Positions 13,360 to 25,200 of a DNA stretch of 64,000 nt are shown here, in pieces. Position numbers and translations under genes: made by a program. The stretch lies in NCBI RefSeq assembly GCF_963921235.1, contig NC_086117.1:8432001-8496000 (forward strand), given 5' to 3'. The notes below the pieces were generated by a model. It worked only from the letters and a program-made list of their open reading frames with translations, was not told the origin of the DNA and searched no databases. Position 1 is the stretch's first letter; each line of letters begins with the position of its first letter. Source of the stretch: Mobula hypostoma. Taxonomy: Eukaryota.

Positions 13360-16300
13360 ATCCTCCCCCCATTCTTTTAAACTCCAGTGAGTACAGACCC
13401 AGAGCAATCAAATGCTCCTCATATGTTAACTCTTTCATTCCCAGAATCATTCTCATGAAGCTCTTCTTTATCCTCTCCAATGTCAGCACATCTTTTCTTA
13501 GATAAGGGGCCCAAACTGGTCACCGAATAATGTTAATTATCAAATTTAGTATCAAATGCTAGTCAAATCTGATAATCCTACAACCTACTGGTTAAATACT
13601 AACACAGTGTATGTATTAATACTTACTCCAAAGCAGGGGCTCCCAACCTTTTTATGCCATGGAGCCTACCATTAACTTAGGGGTCTGGAGGCCCCTGCTG
13701 TGAAGTAAATATTGTCATAATAGAGGCTAACCAAGTTCCACTTATAGAGGAATTGAACTTGCAGATCTGGATGGGCAACTCTGCACTTACAGGATTGTGA
13801 TCAAGTGCCAATATTAGAGTGAAAGTGGTATTTCCTCATTATTGTTCTTATCATAATGACAGCAGTGACTTTCAACCAAACTGCTTATCCCGTTTATATA
13901 ATTAAAAACATGCAAGGTGTGGTAGTTACAGACTAAAGTGCTGGTGAATGGGATTAGTAGAGATTAGTATTTCACGGTCAGCAGAGACACTAATAGGCCT
14001 GTTTCTGTGCCGTGCGACACCAAAACATTAAAACACCACAGAAGATTTCTTTCTCTCCCAGTTATTGGCAGGCTTTCTTAATTTTAGTGTGGATAATGCA
14101 TGTTGTTTAAAATTGAGCTCAATTAATTACGAAGTTGCATTTTATTTTGTAACTAATGTATTTGTATGTGTTTGCCGTTGTCATCATGTGTTCCAAGAAG
14201 TGTGATCAAATCCAAAAATGACCCACATGTTGGGAGCATTTCTAAAGGCAATTCAGGAAGCTGAAGCCAGAACTCAATACGCATTCGAATTTTCATGTCA
14301 AATATCCAAACTCTTTGATAATTTTAGGCCATGACAAAGAGATGTTATATTTCTCTGATATGACGTCAGGATTTTTACAATACCTTTTATTCGAGTACCA
14401 AGCTTACCTGTTGAATGCTGTCATTCTGCTCAGGATTACAATCTTCTTCTCATCAGTATTAGGGAGGAGGTGCGGAAGCCTGAAGTCCACACTGAACAAT
14501 TCAGAAACAACTTCTCCCCCTCTCCCATCAGATTTTCAAATGATCTATGAAACCAGGAACACCACCTCATTATTCCTTCTTTTGCACTCTATTTATTCTC
14601 TAATTTATAGAACTTTGTCTTTACTCTGTCCTGTTGTTGTAAAACAACAAATTTCACATCATGTAGGACAGTAGTAAACCTGACAGTAATATACCATTTC
14701 AAGGACAATGGACGTTATAAAAAAAAGCCTTGAAAGGTTTTCTTCTTTATAGTTTTTTCCATCCCAAAGGAATTTCAGACAAAGTACATCTGAATTGAAT
14801 CATTGTGAAACGCACACCATCCATTTTTTGTACAAATGGTTCTCACAAGCACTACTAAAATAGATTTTGTGGTCCTGAAGACATAGGAACAAAATTTGGC
14901 CATTCAGCCTATTGATTCAGCTCTGCCACTCCATATAGCTGATATATTATCCCCCCAACCCCATTCTCCTGCATTTTCCCCATAGCCTTCGACACCCTTA
15001 CTAATCAACAACCTATCAAGCTCCACTTTAAATATACCCACACACCTGGTCTCCACAGCTATCCGTGGCAATGAATTCCATAACATTACCACCCTCTAGC
15101 TAAAGAAATTCCATATTGCTGATCTAAATGATGTCCTTGTATTCTGAGGCTGTGCCCTCTGGTCCTAGACTCCAGTACTATAGGAAACATCCTCATGTCC
15201 ACTCTATATTAAATATCTTCAATGTTTTATAGTTTTCAATGAGATTCCCCCATCATCCTTCTGAACTCCAGCATGTACAGGTCCAGAACCATCAAACACT
15301 CCTCATATGTTAACTCTTTCATTCCTTGGTCATTCTTGTGAACCTCCTGAGGACTCTCTCCAATAGCAGCACATCCTTCCATTAACATTTAAGAGAGGTG
15401 AATGCTGGCCAATATGCTGAGACTAATTCCACCTTGTGGTGCTGTATTTGCCTGTGAGAACACTCAGGTTTTTGGTCCCACCCAAAAGATGACACTTCCA
15501 ATTGTACAACACTACATCTGCTGAGCTAAGATGTCAGCCAAGCATTTGTATACATCTCTGGAATGGGAGCTTATTTCATAACATTCTGAACTCAGCATTC
15601 TGAAACCCAGAGACAGTGCTACTAGCTGAACCTTATCTGACATAGATTAATGATCTCACATTTGATCAAAGGTCAATTGAAAAATTTAAAAAAATAAACA
15701 AACATTATGCCAAGCAAGTGTTTTATTAACAAGTTACTTGAAGCAGCATTTTCTCTTCGGCAAACATCTAGGCTGTAAGAAGTGTTGGTATTTTATTTCC
15801 AAAATAATAATCCAAAAATATGCCTACCATCTTTCGAAGTGGATAGGACAGCATGATTAGCAACCAAATTTAAGGCTTGTGACAGACAAGATTACAATTT
15901 TCAGTTCAAAGCAGAACCAGATCTTCAAATGATCAGGTAGTATTTGTTAAAAGGAGTTAGTTTTGTGAGAAAGCTCAACGTGTAATAAAATTCTTGTTGC
16001 TATATTAAATGAACCAGTAAATGTGGCTACAGATGTCTTGCTTAGAAGACGTGTAAAAGGCAACAATTAATGTTATGTAACTCTTAACCCATTAAAATTA
16101 AATTGTATATTTATTCACTAGTTTAATTGAGATCATAGGATTATAATATATAGATTTAAGTGAAATGAATTTTTACTCTCAGCCTCAAGAAAATTTGATT
16201 TAGTTTGATGGTGCATGCATGTAAATTAGTTTATCTGTTCCCCATACATGATCTGCATATCCAATTAGTAATGGAGACCTTTTGTTTGATTATCATACAA

Positions 16301-17525
16301 TAAGCACACACCAAGTGCCACTCACACAATGTTAGCCAGGGGTACAGTGGATTATGGAGGACAAAGTTCTATTACATGCTGCTTCATTCTGTGTGGGTGG
16401 AACTACATTCTGTACCTGGGAATATACAAACATCTCTAGATCCCTTAAGGCCATAATAGATACAAATTTTCTACCCCCTTTTAACTGTACCCTGAAGCAA
16501 ACTAAACATGAATTTCTTCTCCAAAATGAATTTATGAAGTGATCAGTGGAATTTTCATTATAAACATTAAAAACTATCAAAAGACTGATTATAGTATTAT
16601 TATATATTAACTTTTATTATATCTGCCTAGATAAACAGAATAGCAGAATAATGGAAGAGTGAGGTATATCCAAGCTTGAAGGCAAGGGGTATGGACTTCC
16701 TGCTGGCTGGACTAATATGGGAGCAAAGAGAATGTTAACAGGTATAATTCCATCATATGCCAAAAGGAAGTGCTCTTATGCAGTATAGTTCTGGAATAGT
16801 GGAGGAGGCAGACTGTGGTACTTGAATCTACTTTCAGCACATAAATTATTTACATTAGAGGAAGGTTTTGGCTTGGGTTTCACCTAGGGAAAATAAGACA
16901 AGGTGGGAAGTTGGTGAGATTTATTGAGCTTTGCAACAGAGTATTAAAGTCTAGTAATGTAAAGCTGTTATGTCATGGCTCCAAACTTCCAGTTTGTTTG
17001 GGTCACAAAGGAATGTTACTTGTTACAGCTACGATTGCTGCTTTTGTATTAGTTAACTTTAAACTGGAAGAACTTTCAATGACTTGTTGGGAACAAAATG
17101 AATCAGTGCCTTAAAAAGGGAAGTGGTAGGCATTTGGCAGAGGATTTGCAGGTTGTTGAGGAAAAGGGACTGATACAGCTGCTGTTCCAAAGGGCCAAAC
17201 AGCTTCAACATCCTGGGTTTGATCCTGTTTTGGGTCTAAAATGCACATTCTCCCTCTGACTGTATGGATTTCCTCCACCTCCTCTGGCTTTCCCTAACAT
17301 TCTGAAGACATGATTGTAGGTTGGCCAGACCATGTCTGGGTGACTGGAGTATTGGGGATTATTAGACATGGGAAATCAGTTGTAGGGAAATGGAGGACTG
17401 CTCTGGGGATCGGAATAGACTTGAATGACTAAAAGGCCCCCTCCTATGCAAGAACATGTATGGTTCAGGGGTTTATATGAGAGAAATTATTAAGTAAAAA
17501 GGGAAAATAATGAGCAGTTTTCCGA

Positions 17526-18887
17526 GGGAGAGAGAGGGGGGGGGAGAGAGGNNNNNNNNNNNNNNNNNNNNNNNNNNNNNNNNNNNNNNNNNNNNNNNNN
17601 NNNNNNNNNNNNNNNNNNNNNNNNNNNNNNNNNNNNNNNNNNNNNNNNNNNNNNNNNNNNNNNNNNNNNNNNNNNNNNNNNNNNNNNNNNNNNNNNNNNN
17701 NNNNNNNNNGGGGGGAGAGGGGGGGAGAGAGGGGGGGAGAGAGGGAGGGAGGGGGGGAGAGAGGGGGGGAGAGGGGGGGGGAGGGAGGGGGGGGAGAGGN
17801 NNNNNNNNNNNNNNNNNNNNNNNNNNNNNNNNNNNNNNNNNNNNNNNNNNNNNNNNNNNNNNNNNNNNNNNNNNNNNNNNNNNNNNNNNNNNNNNNNNNN
17901 NNNNNNNNNNNNNNNNNNNNNNNNNNNNNNNNNNNNNNNNNGGGGAGGAGGGGGGGAGAGGGGGGGAGAGGGGGGGAGAGGGGGAGAGAGGGGGGAGAGA
18001 GGGGGGAGAGGGGGGGAGAGGGGGGAGAGAGGGGGGAGAGAGGGGGGGAGAGGGGGGAGAGAGGGGGGAGGAGGGGGGAGAGGGGGGGAGGGGGAGAGGG
18101 GGGAGAGAGGGGGGGAGAGGGGGGGAGGGGGGGAGAGGGGGGGGAGAGAGGGGGGGAGAGAGGGGGGAGAGAGGGGGGGGAGAGGGNNNNNNNNNNNNNN
18201 NNNNNNNNNNNNNNNNNNNNNNNNNNNNNNNNNNNNNNNNNNNNNNNNNNNNNNNNNNNNNNNNNNNNNNNNNNNNNNNNNNNNNNNNNNNNNNNNNNNN
18301 NNNNNNNNNNNNNNNNNNNNNNNNNNNNNNNNNNNNNNNNNNNNNNNNNNNNNNNNNNNNNNNNNNNNNNNNNNNNNNNNNNNNNNNNNNNNNNNNNNNN
18401 NNNNNNNNNNNNNNNNNNNNNNNNNNNNNNNNNNNNNNNNNNNNNNNNNNNNNNNNNNNNNNNNNNNNNNNNNNNNNNNNNNNNNNNNNNNNNNNNNNNN
18501 NNNNNNNNNNNNNNNNNNNNNNNNNNNNNNNNNNNNNNNNNNNNNNNNNNNNNNNNNNNNNNNNNNNNNNNNNNNNNNNNNNNNNNNNNNNNNNNNNNNN
18601 NNNNNNNNNNNNNNNNNNNNNNNNNNNNNNNNNNNNNNNNNNNNNNNNNNNNNNNNNNNNNNNNNNNNNNNNNNNNNNNNNNNNNNNNNNNNNNNNNNNN
18701 NNNNNNNNNNNNNNNNNNNNNNNNNNNNNNNNNNNNNNNNNNNNNNNNNNNNNNNNNNNNNNNNNNNNNNNNNNNNNNNNNNNNNNNNNNNNNNNNNNNN
18801 NNNNNNNNNNNNNNNNNNNNNNNNNNNNNNNNNNNNNNNNNNNNNNNNNNNNNNNNNNNNNNNNNNNNNNNNNNNNNNNNNNNNNNN
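17526..18887. repeat. G/A-only low-complexity tract interrupted by three assembly gaps
   Basis: (GGGGGGAGA)n-like purine run with N blocks at ~17552-17708, 17800-17941 and 18187-18887. Confidence 0.9.
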
Positions 18888-21800
18888 AGTGTTAGTGAAC
18901 TAAAGCCAGGTTTGCTCAGTGTACAAAGATGGGCAATTTTAGAAGAGGGCACAAAAGTACCTTTAAAGAGATAGAAATAAGCTGTAAGCAAGACATCAGC
19001 AGATGGCAAATAATGAGGGAATAGTGAGGATACTCAGTTTGAAATAAAGAATAAAAAAGCCAATTATTATTTGAGGATATGATAAAGGGATTTGGGCATC
19101 CTGGTACATGAAACAGAGAACTAATGTACCAGTAATTGGGAATGTTGTCCTTTATTACAGGGGCCATAGAGCAGAACAATAGGGAAATTTTAATACAACC
19201 GTAAGGGGTTAATGAAACAGCATACAGCTTTAGTTATGGAAAGCTATATCTTTGATACATATAATGAAAAGACAGGGTGAATGCAGAAAGAGTATCAGAA
19301 ACACAAGAGATTTTGCAATGCTGAAAATCCAGAACAAAATGCTGGAGGAACTCAGGTCAGGTAGCATCTATGGAAATGGATAAACAGTCGACATTTCAGG
19401 CCAAGACCCTTCATTAGTATTGGAAACAAAGGGGGAAAAATGCCAGAATAAGGGGGGGGGGGTTAAGAACTACAAATTGGAACGTGATAGGTGAAGCCAG
19501 GTGGGTAGGGGGGTGGAATGAAGTAAGAAGCAGGGAGGAGATAGGTGGAAAAGGTAAAGGGCTGAAGAAGGAACATGACAGAAGAGGAGAGTGGATATAA
19601 AGGAGGAGGAAGGGCACAGGGAGAGGTGATAGGTAGGTGAGAAGAGTAAGGGGCGGGGGGGGGGAAGAGAAAGAGAAGCAGAGTGGGCAATAGAAAGAAC
19701 GTGTCCACTGGTGAGTCTGCCTGGAACTCAGAAGCATAGTTTCAGAATAAGGGGTGCCATTTTAGAGAGAAAGAACCAAGGTGCAGGGAAAAGGAGAACG
19801 AACATGCACACAGTGTGATAATGCCTGGAACACTGCTGAGGGGTGACAGTTGGGCAGAAAGAACAAGTAGACTGGCACATGAAGGTGCAGGTCATGTACA
19901 GGCAAACAGGATTAGTTTTAGGCTACACGGCTGGCACAAATATTGTGTACTGAAAGGCTTGTTCCTGTACTGTGTTGTTCTATGTTCCATGAACTTCAAA
20001 AGGTCATGAGTCTGGAATCCTCTACCCCAGAGCGCTATAAAGGCAGAGTCGTCAATATGTTGAAGACAGAAAGCCAGCAGAGCTACAAGGGAGCAAGAGT
20101 ATGGGAGATAATAGTGCAGATCGTCTTGGCCTCAACCACCAATTGCTGAACAGATTGCAGAGACCAGTTGACTTGCATTATGCCATAATAACAAGCTATC
20201 AATATTGTTAGATGTGGAAAAAAAAAGGATGAACTCAGATTAAATCCTATTCTGCAAATTATATTGCTACAAGGGATGGGATTTTAATAAAAAGAGGATG
20301 GAATACAAATCAATTTAGAAGGTGAACTTTTGGAAAAGTTACAAGTATTAATAAAGACAGGGAGCAACCTCTTCTCAATAGATATTGGATTAAATATTAG
20401 GGATTCAGTACAATAGTTCCAATTCTCCCTGCAACTATATCTCTCAGAGAAAGGGACTTGTGCTAATATTATTTTCTGACTGTACGTACTGTGTTTTGCA
20501 TCTTGACCCCAAGGAACAATCTTTCATTTAGTTGTATACATATATATGTGGTTCAATGACAATAACTTGAGTTAGTAATCCTGTTAGCAGCAACAACAGA
20601 ATACCATTAATACCACTCATCTTCACATCTTGTAATGACTAAATTTAAAAACACTAGTATTAGTCTATACTTTTCACAACTACAATAAAGAAACTGATTT
20701 CCTATGATAAATCATTATATGACTATTTTGTAGAAATATTATGTCTTACCACAATACAAGTTATGGATACTTACAATTAAAATTTAGCTTCAAGTACATT
20801 TCTTCAAACCCATTGCAAATTGAATACAATGCATAATTAGCAAGTTTAAAAAATGTTACACAATCAATTTCACATCTTAAAATTATAGAGTCCAGCAATG
20901 GAAAAAAAAAACAAAGCAAATCTGTCTTATTATCCATATGACTAGAATAGCAAGTTTCTTTTAAAAGTTGCAAATTGTTTGAAAATACTACAGTCATACA
21001 GTCATAAAATCATATCCCATTGGGTTATGATTCACATTGCTCTTCAACATTGCAGCTCAACCTGAGCCAGGTATGTCAAATTCATCTATGGTGGGGAAGA
21101 CCTCGACTACACTTAATCACGCTCTGTAAGACAGTCATTGGCATCTACAAAAAAAAACAACCAAGAGACACCTGTTGATGTCATTCTCCAGGCTGGGTGG
21201 TCAGTGATATTCTCTCACAATAGTACACTGAAACAATCAGCCTTTATGATAGCCTGGATTAGGAATGACTCTATGACTACAGGAGTACCACCATACAACC
21301 AAGCTTACAGTATGTTGGAGGGCAATGGAGAAAATGCCCAAGATGTCTCAATTCTATCAAAATAAATATTCAACTTTTCTACAAAAAAAAAGGGAAATTG
21401 TGTATAGGAAGGTGAGTTGTTGCTTAGCAGAGCAGATTGCCAGAACTTAACTATCACAACAATATAATGGCACACTGTGAATCAACACCTATGAAGATTT
21501 CCCCATGTCCCCCCCACCCAAATATGAAAGAAGGCTCAGTAGATGATCGGTGACCTTTAACAAAAAGCAAAAACCTCTCAAGATTGCCTGACAACTGATA
21601 AAGATTTACAAACCCAAGACAAATTAGATTTAATTACTTCAATACTGTTGATAAATTAGTCAGTTACGAAGCTTAAAATATTCAGATATTAACACCAGAT
21701 AACATATTAAAGAATCTAAATATAAATGTTCTAAAAACAGTATCAAATAACTTGCACCACTAAATTTGCACATTAAATTGTCTAGGTACCAGGCTTCATG

Positions 21801-22228
21801 CTTCAGCATAGAAATTACTCTTTAGTAATATCACGCTCCCACAATTTTAAGATCACATTTACCAATTAAAATTCAGAAAGGGCAATGAACATTCCTTAAT
21901 AATAAAGCAGTTTATTTCCAATATTTTAACCTACGAGTCATAGTTACCATATTACTATATTAAAATACAATGAGATTTGAAAACTGATCAATACACAATT
22001 AATGTACAAATTTTTAATTACCAGAGCACATAAATCAGCTTCTCAATATCTGATAGCATTAAAAACAAGAAAAGGGCAGCCCTTTAGACCACTTTATTCA
22101 ATGTAGCATTTAAAATTCAATAGAATGGTTGAAATTCTACATCTTGAATCCTGTCTACACAACACAATGTTTACAGTCCATTGTGCACACTGTATTAAGA
22201 AAAAAAACTGACCAAAACAAAATATATT

Positions 22229-25200
22229 TTAAAGGAAATAGGGTGTTGTTGTTCTTGGTGGAATTACACGCTCCGAGTCTGGAACTGCCCGAAATAACTT
22301 TGGTTCCCTTGAGTTTACATTGTTGAAGACCATGATTGATGCAATATTTCCGCAGCGGTAGCAATAGTTTGGAGCAGACCATACAGTCACCAACTTTTCA
22401 TCAAACATGAACTTATATCCTTCATGAACTAGTTGATGCGCTCGACAGATTAGTTTCAAGTTGTTGATATGGACAAACTACAAAACAAAAACGTTTCCCA
22501 AAAAAAAAGCATTAAAATCTTAAAAGTTTTCCCATACCTGGAGTAAATATGACTGACACATACAATCGAGAAAAAGCAAGGTTAAACTGAGAATTCCTTA
22601 CTTAATGAACCTGGAACAAAAGGAAAACTTGGACTGACGTGCATGCAAGTCAACATCATGCTCATGGTACATTTAGCATGAGAGATTTTTTAAACAAGTA
22701 CCCTACATATATCACCCAAAAGTCCAATTAAAGCTAATATCTCATCCAGGATGACAGTAAGTATGTGCATAACTTACAACCTTAAGATGGGGTAAAAAAA
22801 AATGGCAAAGGGCAGTGTAAAGCAAATCACTGTCCAGTAGTTTTTTTTTCCATTCTAAATACATGTGCCATACAAATGAGTGGATTCCACATTATTTTGT
22901 AAAACTTAATAAGTTCATACTTTATCCCCCCCAAATGGCCAGTCTTCCAAATTCAGAATCCAAGTCACCAAAATAATGCTGATATCACCAAAAAGGAACT
23001 GCACGAAGTCAGAGATAAACAAAATATGACATCGTGGAACATTAAAATACAAAAATATGGAAGTACCTTGGTCAAATGAGACAATACCAATTTTTTAAAA
23101 ATATAAAGAAAAACTAGTATCCCATTACCACCTAAAATAATTCCTCAACTCATCAACACAGAAGCACTGAGAGTATGTGGCCTGACAGCTTACCTCATTG
23201 GTAACCTTTGCCCCGAACAGCCAGCCCGCTCCTCGAGGGCTGATAGCCCAGGTATCCACATCTTCAGGATCTGACCACACTAGGTCACAGAAGGCTCCTT
23301 TATGTGGGATCTCCTGGTTGCGCTCAATGGTTCGAATTTGATCTAGAGTTTTGATATCAGGAGAAAGTCCACCATGCACACACAGTATTTGTTCATCTAT
23401 CAACTGGGATGGAAAAAACACAAATTGACTTTTGCAGTTAGTTTGCTCCTAAGATCCATTTACCTGTAAAACCTCAAACATACAATAAAAAAAGGTCACT
23501 GGGATCATGGAATCTGTAGAACTTCCTTATAGGACTGAAAAATACAATCCTTCTCCTTCACTCCTCTTCCCTCCCCACCCCCCCGCAAAAGTCCTGAATG
23601 GCCTTTTTGCTTCAAATATCAGACCAATTGTTTTTTAAAAGCTCATTAAAACTCTACCTTTCCTGATGTGACAAATTAAAATGGCTCAAAGCAATTGAAG
23701 GTTTAGTTTGGCTCAGAACGCCTATCTATTGCAAAATGCTCAAAACTGGGCATAACATCAACTGTAACCTAACCAATTTTACAAGTTATCTGATATTGTT
23801 TTGGTATACATTGCAAATAATGTTTTGGAATATTATTTTCAGACAACTAGATATTCAGTTCTCTTGATTTAGCCACATTCTTAAGCATTTTCTCATTGAA
23901 AGCCAAGTCCCATATCTGGTATTCCTGACAAAAGTGCACGGCCTCCTCCATCTTTCATTGGTGACCTGGCTGCCATCCTCCTTATTAGACTTGAGTAGTA
24001 CAGAAAATTTTTCAAAAAGCTCATTCTTTGCCAAATAATCTACTTGTTAACCAAATGTGATTTTGCAACGGGCATCCAAAAACAAATCATTTATATTTTT
24101 GCAAATGCATACAAAATAGTAGACTTGAAAGACAGCCACAGGTTTTATCATTTCCAATTTCCTTTTTACAAGCAGAACAACATATATTTAATCAACCTAC
24201 CAAGGCCACACAATATCCTTTTAAAATCAGGCTACTAAACTTGTCTCTCACAAGTCTTCAGAGTCTCATCAAAAACAACTTGCATTATATAATGCCTTTA
24301 ATACAGAAAAGCATTCCAAGATGCTCAGGGGACACGAATGGAAAAACATGCATATGTGCCAAAGAAAGAAATAAAAACACAATCTGAAAATATAGGAAGA
24401 TTTCTGAGTACACGGGGGTAAAGTATTTTATGGAGGGAAACCCAGTATAGGCACTAATGTGCAAGAAGTACTTGGGCTGGGGATGAAGTTAGGCATAGCT
24501 CAAATACCATCTATAAATTTGCTGACAATACAACCATCATTCGTAGAATCTCAGATGGTGAAGAGAGGGCATACAGGAGTGAGATATGCCAACTAGTGGA
24601 ATGGTGCTACAGCAACAACCTGGCACTCAACGTCAGTAAGATGAAAGAGCTGATTGTGGACTTCAGGAAGTGTAAGACGAAGGAGCACATACCAATCCTC
24701 AGAGGGATCAGAAGTGGAGAGAGTGAGCAGCTTCAAGTTCCTGGGTGTCAAGATATCTGAAGACCTAACCTGGTCCCAGCATATCAATGCAGTTGTAAAG
24801 AACGCAAGACAGTGGTTATACTTCATTAGGAGTTTGAAGAGATTTGGTGTGTTAACAAATACACTCAAAAACTTCTATAGATGTACCGTGGAGAGCATTC
24901 TGACCGGCTGCATCACTGTCTGGTATGGGGGGGAGAGGGGCTACAGCATAGGATTTAAAGAAGCAGCAGAGGGTTGGAAATTTAGTCGGCTCCATCTTGG
25001 GTACTAACCTACAAAGTAGCCTGGACAGACATCTTCAAGGAGCGGTGTCTCAGAAAGGCAGCGCCCATTATTAAGGACCTTCAGTACCCAGAGCATGCCC
25101 TTTTCTCACTGTTACTATCAGATAGGAGGTACAAAAGCCTGAAGGCACACACTCAGCAATTCAGGAACAGCTTCTTCCCCTCTGCCATCTGATTCCTAAA

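Noticed and set aside
14218-14334. Short ORF MTHMLGAFLKAIQEAEARTQYAFEFSCQISKLFDNFRP*
   Set aside because: An in-frame stop lies just upstream, with no acceptor leading into this frame and no promoter evidence. More likely UTR or chance.
17465-19009. 514-aa and 461-aa Pro/Ser- or Gly/Glu/Arg-rich ORFs
   Set aside because: Artefacts of translating a G/A repeat and N gaps.
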